Below, piece by piece: positions 39,588-53,446 of a stretch of DNA of 64,000 nucleotides. Under the pieces are notes generated by a model. It searched no databases. It worked only from the letters and a program-made list of their open reading frames with translations, and was not told where the DNA came from. Origin of the DNA: Octopus vulgaris (taxonomy: Eukaryota); the NCBI GenBank assembly GCA_951406725.2, contig OX597820.1:7006001-7070000 (forward strand), written 5' to 3'. Position 1 is the stretch's first letter. Every line of letters begins with the position of its first letter. A program made the position numbers and the translations under genes.

Positions 39588-40043
39588 TGAGTAAGAGAGC
39601 AGTGCATGCCATCAAATTGACACTGGGATAAAACATGCGAAGCCTAGTGTACCCATCAGAACTACCCGTCTGATAAGGGTACACCAGGCACATGCATCAC
39701 AACTATATGTGCGCGACATGGTGATCTCATATCAAGATAAACAGTGCATGACCTTGCAGGTGGGGGCCCAGTTAAAATTTTCTTCATGTCGAGTAGTCAT
39801 CCCAATGAAGAGGTCCCTGAATAAGGTTTGTTTTAAGGATGATGAACAAAACACCCATGTTTCAAGAGGTAAATTATTCAAACCCCCAAAATATTGCTAT
39901 GAACACTTGATTCTGATCTCCCGCCACTACTTCTGCACTTGTTCAAAGAAGCACATATCGTCAGCCACTAAAGGACTTGCTCAACTGGTTAAGGTCAAAC
40001 AATTGACAAGCAAATCTGTTGTATTAAGCAGAATATTTGCTGT
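39588..40043 (-). mobile_element. Family D (AAT)n-tailed retroposon
   Basis: Homologous to 44374-44830 along its full length. Confidence 0.8.
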
Positions 40044-40046
40044 GTG

Positions 40047-40078
<32 letters not shown>

Positions 40079-40357
40079 TATATACAGACGGAGAGTGAAC
40101 ATGCTACTATCATGTTCCTAAGAATGAAATCAACCTTTCTGTCTATATACCTACCCTCTTTATAATGTTGGAAAATGAAATAAGGATGAGATTGTGCATT
40201 GTCCGTTTAATTGGAAAATTCTATATGTGGCTGAAGATTGCTCGACATTTTAAAACTGATGTAATACTTACAGTGTTTAATAAAATGAAGTTGCATGAAA
40301 CAATTGTACTTTGGATATCCTTGTAGCTTATTTTGATACATACATATATATATATAC

Positions 40358-40492
40358 ATACATAATATCGTGTACATTAAAACACATTATGAGGCTTCCT
40401 TCATAGGAAAGCCTTGCGCTAGAAAGAACAGTTAAAGTTCCCTATCATGGAAGCCTCTTAATGTGTTTTAATATACACGATATTTTATATGA
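40358..40492. repeat. Imperfect palindrome (~45-bp arms)
   Basis: aatatcgtgtacattaaaacacattatgaggcttcc versus ggaagcctcttaatgtgttttaatatacacgatatt. Confidence 0.8.
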
Positions 40493-41560
40493 ATAATATA
40501 TAGTCTATTGACTAAAATTTTTTGCGCTAGACCACTGCTAATAAAAATTTCTATAATTCTTATTAACCTAATATTATTTATATATATATATATATATATA
40601 AAATCATTACAGATATAGGGTGAAAGATAATTTAATAAAATCAACAAATTTCACCTCGTAGATTTTCAGTAGGGAAAAGGACCATAATCGGTAAAAACTT
40701 ATACAAAAAGTTTTTTTTTATATATATATAATTATAACAATAAGGGTTTAGCAACAAGTTGCTTGACCACATACCGAAAATTTTAGAAATAGCAGCCAAA
40801 AGACTACTATTTCCTTTTTCTACAAAAATATGTCTCCACAGGCAACAATATTTGTAACTCACACATGGCATAATTATATAGTGTGTGCGTGTGTGAGAGA
40901 GGATGGACAATGGTTTACATTAAGAACTGGCAGAGTCTAAAAGATATGAGCAAACGCTTTCTAGTAACGTCTTAAGTGTGTTTTAAAATGTGGCAGTCTG
41001 AATCCTTGCATCCGCCAGACACATGGCAGCGGGGTGGCAGCAACGGGTTGCGGTGACGACTGTGACGCGGATGACAGATGTCAACGGAAACGGACGTTCT
41101 TTCATAGAACACCCGGAAACGATCTGCGTTTGCAGAATGATATGCGCGTGTGTATGAGTGTGTACGTGCGAGTGTGTTTTTTTGTGTGTGTGTGTCTGTG
41201 TGTGTCTGTGTGTTTGTGTGTGTGTGTTTGTGTCTACCAGTGTATGAGCGAGTGTGTGTATGTGTGTGTGTGTCTGTGTCTGTGTGTGCGTGTGTGTGTG
41301 TGCGTGTATGTGTTTGTGTGTGTGCGTGTGTCTACGAGTGTATGACCGAGTGTGTGTGTGTGTGCGTGTGTGTGTATGTGTGTGTGTGTCTGTGTCTGTG
41401 TGTGCGTGTGTGTGTGTGCGTGTATGTGTTTGTGTGTGTGCGTGTGTCTACGAGTGTATGACCGAGTGTGTGTGTGTGTGCGTGTGTGTGTCTGTGTGTG
41501 TGTGTTTGTGTGAGTGTGTCTACGAGTGTATGAGCGAGTGTGTGTGTGTGTTCGTGTGTG

Positions 41561-41604
<44 letters not shown>

Positions 41605-42179
41605 GCGCGCACACGTGTCTGTAAACAACAGCGCGACCGTCAAATAAAGATAAACGCCGTCGGCACCCCCATCTACCTGTTATGCTGTCTGTTATATTAT
41701 TTAATGTCTCTGCGTACGTGTATATGTGTTGTGTTATGTAATATCTGTGTGTGTATGTATGTGTGTGTGTATGTGTGTGTAGCAATTACAGCGTGGAGAA
41801 CTATTTTCTCTCATTCAGAAACACACAGAAGGTGATATTTTCATTTAATCATTTATTACATGGTGTCAAAATTTTCGTCACACTGTCTGCGACCTGGTCA
41901 CTGACACACTTCTACTGATTAAGTGAAGTTAACAATTTTTTGTGTCTTTCATTGGCTAAAATACTGTAATTGCTTCACTTTCAACACAGTCTTAAATCAA
42001 ATCAATAGCTAGACGCTTACAATTCCGAAATGTCCATAAACACACATATACACACAAACATACGAAATAAAATTTGAAAAACGAAAGAAGAGCAATGGTT
42101 TATAAGATATTCAGTTACATCATCTTACGTACATTTCATTAACATAAGGTCATAAGATATAAAATATGAATTTTATATC

Positions 42180-42330
42180 CAGGCGTGGCTGAGTGGTAAA
42201 AAGCTTGCTTCCCAGCCATATGGTTCCGGGTTCGGTGCCGCACAGTGGAAGCCTCGGCTAGTGTCTTCGGGCCGGCCAAGGCATTGTGAGTGGATTTGAT
42301 ACGCGAAAACTGAAATAAGCCCGGCGTATA
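42180..42330 (+). mobile_element. SINE family C 5' part
   Basis: caggcgtggctgagtggtaaaagcttgcttccca.ccatatggttccgggttc...gagtggattt...aactgaaa. Confidence 0.75.
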
Positions 42331-42805
42331 TATATATATATACATACAAATATATATATCTATGTATGTGTGTGTACGTGTTTGTGTGCGAGTGTGTGTA
42401 TGTATGTGTTTGCATGTGTGCAAGCGTGTGTGTGTGTGTAGGGAGAGTTTACGAAAAAAAACAGAAGACGAAGACAGGTGGTGTACAAAACAAACAGATA
42501 TATTAGTATAACGTTCAGGAATAGAAAAATTATTTTACGTTTCGAACCTACGCTCTTCTACAGAAAGGGACACAGAAAAAAACAAGCTGAGAAACAAGGA
42601 GAGAAAAAAATGTGTGTAGGGGCTAACGATCTATCATGGCGACTAGTGCCGGACTGAAGGGTCAAACACGAGGAGGAAAGTATGGGAGATAGAGGCTCTG
42701 GATGTCCATTGTATGCATGTGTATGTATGTATGCATGTATGTATGTATGTATGCATGTATGTATGTATGTATGTATGTATGTATGTATGTATGTATGTAT
42801 GTATG

Positions 42806-43500
42806 TCGGGCTGTAAATATTATATCAGTAATGCCTTGACTTGGTCGAAAGCCACATTCTGATAGAGGAAAGATGTCTGGTGCAACCAGGTTCCACAAAT
42901 AATGGAGAAGAGACTTTGCAATGATTTTGCTATCGCCATCCCAAGTTAAAGATGTCTTTCAGTCCTTTCTTTCACAAAGTGACGAGAATGACATCTTTCC
43001 ACTCTTGTGGTGTTTCACCTTTCGTCCATTCCGCGTGAAACATGATAGATAGCACCCACCCCAAGTGTCTCGTTACCACCTTTCTGAGCCCGTTCAACAA
43101 CAGCGCCATGATTCCCAGGGGCCTTCCGGTGTTCATCAATTTTACAGCTACCATTATTTCATCGTTAGTCGTTGGATCATGAAGCTGATGAGTCAGTGGA
43201 TCTTGTACAAGTCTTTCGATAATAGCATCTGGATATGTTACAGCCCACGGTTCAAAACATCGCTAAACACCGTCGCCACCCGGCTTTCTTTCCCTCTCGC
43301 CCGCACAGCAGCGCATTGCCACGCATTGCATGCAGCTGGTACTACAGAGGTTTTGAATCTGATTTGCAGCAGTCGTCTGAATCTCGCAATGTACCAATGT
43401 CTTTGCCGAGGCTTTTAAAACTGTATTTCGCCAAATTAGATAATCTAACACGTTTCCTCCAAAATTGGCCCAGGCCATGTTTAACTTAACAGCATCACCT
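42806..43500 (-). mobile_element. RTE-clade LINE ORF2 remnant
   Basis: WTKGETPQEWKDVILVTL and DIFPLSECGFRPSQGITDIIFTAR match the RTE RT N-terminal motifs (PQDFKDA.IV.L; LPESQCGFR..RGT.DMIF.AR). Frameshifted. Confidence 0.8.
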
Positions 43501-43799
43501 AATTGCATCTGTTAAGTAATTTTTAATTCAAGTTTTTATGGTATCACGGCCCGTTCCAACTAGGAATTTCTGTTGACTAAGACGTATGGGCGGATTATCG
43601 GGTATCCCTTGAAGAAGTTTCTCCAGGTGTTAATTAAAGGTGATGGGAAATTTAACTTTTTTGCTTTGTTCAGGGAAACTTTAAATAAGGAACAGGGTTT
43701 GTTGAGGAATAATAATTATGCTGCAAAGAGTTGTGAGCCTATATACAAAATAGTTATGAATGCATGTATATATACATGTATGCATGTATAAATACATAC

Positions 43800-44005
43800 G
43801 TAGGTAACCTTGCATCAATTCCAATATTTTATGCAGTCCTCGAATCCCTTCGATATGCTTTCCGTGGCTTTGATTATAACTTGGATCACTAAAACCTTCA
43901 TTCCCAAAATTTTCCACTCCCCGATGAGGTACCTCATGCTTCTCAATCTTTTTAGGCTTCTTATTATTCACGCTACTTTATCCTGAGATAGAGGTACACA
44001 TGATT
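43800..44005 (-). mobile_element. R4/Dong-like RLE fragment
   Basis: Minus strand KKIEKHE / ILGMKVLVIQVIIKATESISKGFEDCIK resembles LW.MKV.V.PVIIGALG.ISK. Next to an (AAT)n tract. Confidence 0.55.
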
Positions 44006-44034
44006 TGATTATAAAAATAATAATAATAATATTA

Positions 44035-44066
<32 letters not shown>

Positions 44067-44067
44067 C

Positions 44068-44298
44068 TATTTCATTATTGCCCACAAGGGGCTAAACATA
44101 GAGAGGACAAACAAGGAGAGATGAACGGATTAAGTCGATTACATCGACCCCAGTGCGTAACTGGTACTTAATTTATCGACCCCGAAAGGATGAAAGGCAA
44201 AGTCGACCTCGGCGGAATTTGAACTCACAACGTATCGGTAGACGAAATACGGCTACGCGTTTCGCCCGGCGTGCTAACGTTTCTGCCAGCCCACCGCC
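44068..44298 (-). mobile_element. Family A SINE, full length
   Basis: Reverse complement of head, core and tail; inserted in (ATT)n. Confidence 0.9.
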
Positions 44299-44373
44299 TT
44301 ATTATTATTATTATCATCATCATCATCATTATTATTATTGTTATTATTATTATTGTTGTTATTATGATGATTA

Positions 44374-44830
44374 CTGAGTGAGAGAGGAGTGCATGCCATC
44401 AAAGTGACACACGGGTAAAATATACGAACCCCGTTACACCCATCATGACTACCCGTCTGATAACGGAACACCAGGCACATGCATCACAACATATTCGCAA
44501 AATGATGATCACTTATAAAGATAAACAGCGCATGACCTTGCAGGTAGGGGCCCAGTTAGAATTTTCTTCTGGTCGAGTAACCCATCCCGCTCAAAAGTTC
44601 CCTGAATAAGGGCTATTTAATCGTGTTAAGCGAAACAAGCACGTTTCCAAAGATGACTTATTCAAACACCACAGAAATTCCTCTCAACAAATGGCTATGA
44701 TGCTCCCCTGCTACATCTATCCCTGATCGCAGATGCACCAGTTTCCAGCCACTAAGAGACATTCTCAACTGGTTATGGTGAAACAAGTGACGAACAAATC
44801 TGTGATATGGAGCAGAATATTTGCTGCAGG
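44374..44830 (-). mobile_element. Family D (AAT)n-tailed retroposon
   Basis: Homologous to 39588-40043. Confidence 0.8.
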
Positions 44831-45104
44831 ATAACACTTTCAATCACTTAAGATAAGAAGCCATGAGAGTCAGTGCAATTCCAAGCGATGGCTCTCATGG
44901 CTGGCTTTTGTAGGTGTTCTACTTTCACACACGCATCGATCTTTTTCAGCCATATTGCTATTAGTATTGTGTTGCCTTCCATATACGATGCAATGTAAAG
45001 AATGGCTTACAATGCGTCTACCTCGATTTAATTGTATATGTGTGTGTGCGTGTGTGCGTGTGTGTGTGTATGAGTGTGTGTGCACATAAATATATATACA
45101 TATA

Positions 45105-45334
45105 GGCGGCGAGCTGGCAGAAACGTTAGCACGCTGGGCGAAATGCGTAGCCGTATTTCGTCTGCCGTTACGTTCTGAGTTCAAATTCCGCCGAGGCCGA
45201 CTTTGCCTTTCATCTTTTCGGGGTCGATAAATTAAGTACCAGTTACGCACTGGGTTCGATGTAATCGACTTAATCCGTTTGTCTGTCGTTGTTTGTCTCC
45301 TCTGTGTTTAGCCCCTTGTGGGTAGTAAAGAAAT
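45105..45334 (+). mobile_element. Family A SINE, full length
   Basis: ggcggcgagctggcagaaacgttagcacg...gccccttgtgggtagtaaagaaata, within a TA/CA tract. Confidence 0.92.
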
Positions 45335-45493
45335 ATACATATATACATATATAGTAGATATAACAGAAAAGGGGGATTTCGGTTGTCCCCACGTGGTAGA
45401 TTGTAATGTATATAAGACTCGTGAATTTCATTTCAAACAACATGGACCCAATTTCTTCTTAAGAAAAAATATATTTTCATATAAACTAAACAT

Positions 45494-45530
45494 TGTATCA
45501 TGAATAGCGATTGCGAAAACGGTCGATACA
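45494..45530 (+). ncRNA. Minimal type-I hammerhead ribozyme, A3U8 core variant
   Basis: tgtatc|ATGAATA|gc gatt gc|GAAA acgg T C|gataca: perfect 6-bp stem I, GC/GC stem II, GUC triplet. Confidence 0.7.
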
Positions 45531-45576
45531 TTAAAAATTATACTATAACCATGTAAGTGTGCGTATTTTCCGTTTT

Positions 45577-45618
<42 letters not shown>

Positions 45619-45657
45619 GTGCATATATCTTTATGTGCACACACACTCATACACACT

Positions 45658-45690
<33 letters not shown>

Positions 45691-45834
45691 GTACGTGCAC
45701 GTACATACACACACACGCATATATAATAATGTAAATAATATATATATTCATATATGGGTACCGGACGTCGCTTATAGTAAACAACATGAAATACGAAAAC
45801 AAATTAGTTAAATAATGAGAGAAAAAAAAGGACT

Positions 45835-45965
45835 AGTAATACAAAAAATTACTCTTCATCAGTTTTCGTCTGTCTATCTACTCTCAATTTCGAGCAATCA
45901 CTGGAGAGTAAATAGACAGCCGACAACAGATGAAGCGTCGTTCTTTGCATTGCTTGTCCATTTTC
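45835..45965. repeat. Imperfect palindrome in a PLE-terminal-like repeat
   Basis: cttcatcagttttcgtctgtctatctactctc versus gagagtaaatagacagccgacaacagatgaag. A loosely related sequence lies at ~62410-62570. Confidence 0.65.
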
Positions 45966-46047
45966 TATCTCGTTATTTGCGTATTTAACTCATTTGTTTT
46001 TGTGTTTCATGTTGTTTACTGTTGGTGACGTCCTGTAGCCATATATG

Positions 46048-46087
<40 letters not shown>

Positions 46088-46475
46088 GGTGTATATCTAT
46101 ATCTATATCTATATATATCTATATATATATGCACAATCATACATATAGTAATATACATATAGTAATATATATATATATACAGTCATACATATAGTAATAC
46201 ATACATGTGTAGGAATTACAATTTCTGGTTATAGGGTGTGGTGTATGTTTGTATCGAAGAGAACTTAGTGTCGTCGCTTAGTTTCGTTCATTTCTTGTGT
46301 CAGGTTCTCGGGTGAACATTACTGTATATTTACGTATATACACACAGATAGGTGGGAATACGCGCGTGCGTGTGTGTGTGTATTCTTCCATTTATGTACA
46401 GGTATATCGAATGGATATACAAGTGTATGTGTGTGTGTATTATATCATATATGTATTCATGCATGTAAATATATT

Positions 46476-46505
<30 letters not shown>

Positions 46506-46509
<4 letters not shown>

Positions 46510-46806
46510 CACGACCGACCAGGTTATCAGATGTTTCTACACGTCACTGGTCACAATGCTCTTCGTATTGTTTTAGCCTTCAAATGACGTCACCCCGCTG
46601 GCTAAGTTAGCAAGTCAACAGAAGAAAAGAGTGAGAGAAAGTTGCGGTGAAGGAGTACAACGGGGGTCGCCATCACCCCCTGCCGGAGACTCGTGGAGCT
46701 TTAAGTGTTTTCGCTCCATAAACACTCACAAGGCCCGGCCTGGGAATCGAAACCGCGATCCTACGACCGCGAGTCCGCTGCCCTAACCACTGGCCATTGC
46801 GCCTCC
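46506..46806 (-). mobile_element. SINE family B
   Basis: Reverse complement ggaggcgcaatggccagtggttagggcagcggactcgcggtcgtaggatcgcggtttcgattccc. Confidence 0.85.
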
Positions 46807-46828
46807 ACATATATGTATGTATATATAC

Positions 46829-46889
<61 letters not shown>

Positions 46890-47197
46890 GCTATATGTTC
46901 GTATGTATGTATGGAAAGAGGTATCGTAGCGTAGGTATGCAAACGAATGATGCACATATCCACGCTTTAAGAGGATATTCGGATGATTCGTTAACACACA
47001 TGTTTTGTTTAAATACACTTGTAAACACACAGCAAGTACACTGGAAAAGGATATACGATGTATGTGTATATATATATATATATACGCGTGCATATATATA
47101 TATGTATACTGATACAGGTATGTGTATATGTATGTATGTATTTCTATACATTTATATGCAAACAAATATACATATGTATGAGTGTGTGTACTCACAT

Positions 47198-47242
<45 letters not shown>

Positions 47243-47292
47243 GAACACACTCGCTGAGGCTCACGTTCACACATCAACACATATAGGTGTGT

Positions 47293-47328
<36 letters not shown>

Positions 47329-47913
47329 AAACAGCTAGGAAATGACGGGAGGAAGGAGAACAGAGAATTGTTGGTGTATTTCTTTCCTGCTGAATCCTAC
47401 GAAACCAAGCCGCCATTATCATAATCATATTGCCGCGGAGTATTTAGCAACGAAATGTTGATCAAAATGACTGCAATAATTTGATAGCACAGCGAGCTTA
47501 TTGCCCTGTATGATATCCCTAAACAGCATTTGTACTAAAAGCCCGGGTCGTGATTCGATCAACTGCATAAAATTAATGAGATCTGCCATGGAATCAATGC
47601 GCTACGGAACATTTTATCGTTAAAATTTGATAGAGAATCTCATTTGTATTTGAGCGTCTTCATCAAAACACTAATTAAATCAAAGTCACTCCTAAACCTG
47701 TCTCTTACTTGCCAACCTCTCAGCTAACCTGCATGTCCTATCATTAGACTGACATGTATATACATACATATATATATACATACATATATACATACACATA
47801 TATATACATACATATATACATACATACATACATATATACATACATATATATATACATGCATATATACATACATACATACATACATATATACATACATATA
47901 TATACATGCATAT

Positions 47914-47971
<58 letters not shown>

Positions 47972-48023
47972 ACGTATGTATATAAACATATATATGTATA
48001 TATCTATATATATATCTGTCTAT

Positions 48024-48069
<46 letters not shown>

Positions 48070-49387
48070 CGAGAGAGAGAGAGAGAGGGGGGTGTCTATA
48101 TCTGTGTATTTGTAAGTGCAGGCTTGAATCGTTGCTTGAGTATATATTTATGTTTGTATATTTATTTTTGTATACACAAACACACACATATATATCTATG
48201 TATGTATGTATGTATGTATGTATGTATGTATGTATGTATGTATGTATGTATGTATGTGTGTGTGTATGTATGTATGTATGTATGTATATCGATTGATCGA
48301 TCTATCGATCTATTGTAATCCCAGTAACCTGTACGTCTTAGAACCTGGGTTAAACTCCAGCAATATGAGTCCCAGGGCTCATGAAAAACCTAAACCTAAG
48401 ATCAGTGTAAAATATCTATAACAATAGCGCTGCAAATGTTGGCTGGCTGGCTGGTTGGTTTGCTGGTTGGTTGGTGGTTGATTGATTGGCTGGTTGTTTA
48501 GTCTGAAGTTATATTTAACAGAACATAGAGAGCGTGGCGAGTGAGACGGAGGTGTATGTATATCTTTGTGGTCTTTGTGGGCATACGATAATTAATGATA
48601 AGCTTGAAGTAAAGAAACACTATGCAGGCGTGCGCGCACATACACACACAATGGGAGAGAAAGAATGATAGACAGAGAAGTTAAATTAGAAGATATAGAT
48701 GTAAAAATGCGTTTTATTTCGTCATAATTTAAGATTAAAAACAGAAAGAAAAAAAACATTGTACTCATTCCATGATTTTTGTATAGACACCGAGAAATCT
48801 GATAAAAATTTAATTATAGTTAATATTACTCAAGGATACTTCATGTGATGACTAAAAGTCTGGTGGTGAAAAAAGATTCAAAGGTCACCACTAGCAATAA
48901 ATAATAAATCATTCAAATACCAATACCCCAATTAATTAAATTTCAAGATAAATAATTACATGAAAGGTAGAGCGAACTTGAAGGGCCTATAACTATGGAG
49001 ATGTTTCAGTATAATTAAACGTCTTCAGTAAATCGTTAATACAGGGATGAGAAAGGAAGAAGAAACGGTGATAACTCTATACATGTTTCAGTATTTCTTG
49101 ATCTCGTCAGCCGAGCATAACTCATATGTAAATGGTTTAATCATTAAGCATTAGAAATGAAAATGGCAAATATGAAATAATGTCTGTCCGCGTTAGCAAA
49201 ATCATGTTTTCCTTGTGAACTGGCGGTTGTTCGTACTCAGTTAATCTCATACCATAAATAAATTAATCTGTTGGAATGAAGCATAGAAATGTACTTCGTT
49301 ATATTCTGGTTTTGTGTCTAAGAGTGTTTGTGTGTATGATTAGAACCATGTTCTCATATGTGTGTGTGTGTGTGTATGTGTGTGCGT

Positions 49388-49397
49388 GTATATATAT

Positions 49398-49468
<71 letters not shown>

Positions 49469-49547
49469 CATGTATATATATATATATACATGTATATAAA
49501 TATATATATATATATATATACACATATATATACATGTATATATATAT

Positions 49548-49586
<39 letters not shown>

Positions 49587-49587
49587 T

Positions 49588-49625
<38 letters not shown>

Positions 49626-49701
49626 ATATATATGTATATATATATATACATATATATACATGTATATATATATATACATGTATATATATATACATATATA
49701 T

Positions 49702-49786
<85 letters not shown>

Positions 49787-49839
49787 TACATATACATACA
49801 TATATATACATATACATACATATATATACATATACATAC

Positions 49840-49886
<47 letters not shown>

Positions 49887-49999
49887 CGTATACATATATA
49901 CATATATATATACACATACATATATATATATATACGTTCATATATATATTTATACATAAGTACATAGTACATACATATACACACATGTATAAAGACATT

Positions 50000-50034
<35 letters not shown>

Positions 50035-50035
50035 T
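49388..50035. repeat. Long interrupted (TA)n/(TACA) microsatellite
   Basis: Directly visible. Similar tracts lie at 11920-12080, 12400-12840 and 17795-18450. Confidence 0.95.
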
Positions 50036-50818
50036 GTACACGTTACATAGATATGTGTGCATAAAAATATAGAGTACATTTATAAAGGATATATATTAAT
50101 GTGTGTGTGTTTAGTGTGTGCATATTATATATGTTTGTTGGTAAGCACGTATGTAGTGAAATAGTTAGATAGACTTACAGATTGATTGATATCGATAAAA
50201 GCCTACCCTATATATTTACAATCAGTTCCTTTCTATATCCTTACTAATACGATATAGACAACGACCCAGCCTTACTCTCCAATATTCCCCTATCTTACAC
50301 CGTTCCAAGTACATACCTGAGCTCAATCAACACTACACAGTGTTATCTTAACTAAGAGATCATTTCCTAGCACAGGAAATTAATTAAGGCCAGCAATGTA
50401 TTGCTATAATAACATGATAATGCCATTTGAACTCTTAAAGTGAGGATTCACCCCCTCTTGTTAATTAATTCTCTCTCTGTTCAATGATGTCACATATATA
50501 CAGATTTATGTATTGCACAATATCTTCATTCCTGGTCACTTAAAGTTTCTTCTCCGCCATTACACACGACTCACTCTATCACACAAATAGACAAACACAC
50601 ACAAACAGCCCCTGCTCCGCTCCACACACACACACACACATCTAACGATAGATACGGATACCTAACAGTTCTATATTTATCTGTTCATATAGGCATACAT
50701 ACAAACGAAAATCCATCCATCCATACAAATACGAAATAATACATTTATCAAGCGACTCCATTACCTTCTATCTCTTTCTCTCTTTCCCCCACTCTCGTTA
50801 CACACACACACAAACACA

Positions 50819-50893
<75 letters not shown>

Positions 50894-50917
50894 GTGTGTG
50901 TGTATGTATGTATGTGC

Positions 50918-50954
<37 letters not shown>

Positions 50955-52546
50955 CACTCACATACATGTATATATGCATATGTGCATACATAGAGCATAC
51001 GTACTGACATACATAACTGTAGCAGCATCGGATTGGCGAAACTTGAAGAACCAGTCAAATTGGTCTTCACAAATATTTTTACTTCATTCTCACAATCAAC
51101 CTACCACCCAAAAGTTCCATTATTCTTCAACTCACTTTAAAATATTAAATATTCTTTTAACACATACACACGCACACACTTACATAAACACACACGCACG
51201 CACACGCTTACATACGCATACACACACTCGTGGATGTATTACTTTGGAGACAGATTAAGAGAGAGCATGAGAAAGAGAGGGGAAGGATGAATATGTCTTA
51301 CATTGAGACAAACATGTAACCTGTGATTTCAAAGTGTTTCTCTGATTTTAGATCAAAAATTGTCATTGGCGCCTTAACATAAAAAATATTAAAAACCTTA
51401 GAAAAGAACCGGGCGATTCTCGGATTTATGCCAATCACAAACGAAAAAATTAATTTAAAAAGTCAGAGACACATCCTAAACTCAAGGTTTTATTGCAGAA
51501 GTTTCTTGGAATCCGTCTGGCACACCTTCAATCAGCTAAGCTATTTTGTGATATATTATTCTGGACAGAAGTACCATTTACCATATCTACTAAATACCGT
51601 TGAAAAGGTAACGATTCAGTAAAGATTTAACCGAAATTTAGGTCGTGGACATTTCATGATTCATGGCCGATGTGTTGAGGATCTAAAACTAATGTTCATC
51701 GCCGTCACTCGTGAGTGCCTTAATTATAATCTCTACTAATTTACAAATGAAGCTGCCCTGATTACTTCTACCAGCTCTATACCATTCATGGCAGTGTCAA
51801 GTTTGAATGTTGGCCTTTAGTCGACAGCAACGGGAACAGTACACCATTCTGGAATTTTCGATCACTATGATCCGACTCCTTTCTTCTTGTGTTTTGTGTT
51901 GACATTAAAATCTAAATATTTCCTTTTCTGCTTCTTGCATTTCTGTTTCTCAAAATGGAAAATAACTCAGAACTGTACATTCGTTGTTCAGTACAAGTAT
52001 TGGAGACGTGCTTCTTCACCCTCCACCCCCGCCGTTTTTGTCGCATCTTCATTTCGCTTATCGCTCCGATGCTTTTCATCAAATGAAAACAAACCCACCA
52101 GATAAGTTGCAGTCATTTCTGTAATATTTCGCGGAAACTCTATGTCCTCGGAGTAAAACGGTATGGAATACAATACAGTGGACTGACCATTCTCAAATGT
52201 TCTTTTTGAAGTGTGATAATGTAATTGTGCAAAAGAAAGATGGCACAAATAATCACATCAAAGCCTGGCATGGATATTTCCTTTCCATTGTTTGATCCCA
52301 TTCTGTGAAGGGACACACAATACGTACCCATTAACATTGTGCTTCGTGTTAACGCACAGTTAGCTTTCCTATACAGTGACGAACGCTTTATGCTAAAGAA
52401 CACTAAAAGTTCTTTTCACCGTAAAAGAAAAAATTCCACGACGCAGAAACCGAAAAAAGAAATTCGCATAATCTTTGTCGTAAATCCACTTTGCATCTTT
52501 GTGAACGTCTTTTCTTAAAGCATACATATTATATAAATATATCTAA

Positions 52547-52947
52547 CTAGCAATATCGCCCGGCGTTGCTCGGGTTTGTAAGGGAAATAACTATATAAGC
52601 ATTTTTAGAGAGTTATAGCCAAAAGATAGCAAAAAAATGCATTAAAAATGGAAAAAAAATATGGTAATTTTTATTAAAAATCGTTGACTCATCGTAGACA
52701 TTTTTAGAGAGTTACTTCCCTTATATAATAGCGAAAAAAATTCATTAAAATGGAAAAAAATGATGGTAAATTATTTTTAAAATTGTAGACTCATCGTAGA
52801 TGCGCGTTAATACCCAGAAGGGCTCGATATGAATCACGACTATAAGATACCCGCTTTTGATTAAACTGCACCGCAAAATGTGGGAGTAGTTAGGAATCTA
52901 AATCGTAGGAGACAGACAGCACACAACCTTACTTTTATATATAAAGA
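52547..52947 (-). mobile_element. Non-autonomous Helitron
   Basis: Minus strand A|TCTTTATATATAAAAG ... cccgagcaacgccggg hairpin ... CTAG|T, with no TSD and an internal ~100-bp tandem duplication. Confidence 0.88.
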
Positions 52948-53265
52948 TTTCTTATTAAAAGAATAACTGCTAACTTTAAAACATTGAAAAATGAAAACAA
53001 ATTCATTTTGGAAGTTGATATCGATCTTAAGGACAACATTTTTAAAAAAGAAACCTTTAGTGAGGTTGTCGTAGTTTCGATGAACATATCGTTCAAAGAA
53101 TTTGTCTTTCTAAAAAGAGTTTCTTCGATGATTTTGTCTTTCGGTTAATAATATTTTCGATCAGCGCAGGTATCCGAGTATTACGTTTTCAACGTTTGTC
53201 TGATCCTTCATATGTGTGTATGTGTCGTATGTGAGAGTGTGTGTGTACGAGTTTGTGGGTGTGAC

Positions 53266-53298
<33 letters not shown>

Positions 53299-53402
53299 TC
53301 GTGCATGCGTGCATGTAAGCGTGTATGTTTTTCTGTACGCATGTCTGTGCGTGTGTTTGTATGAGCATGTATGTATATATACTCATGTATGTATACACAC
53401 AC

Positions 53403-53446
<44 letters not shown>

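Noticed and set aside
51640-52520. Coding-like minus-strand region (ORFs 51988-52248 and 52140-52403)
   Set aside because: No motif I can confidently assign and it is fragmented. It is probably a decayed DNA transposon; tBLASTx is needed.
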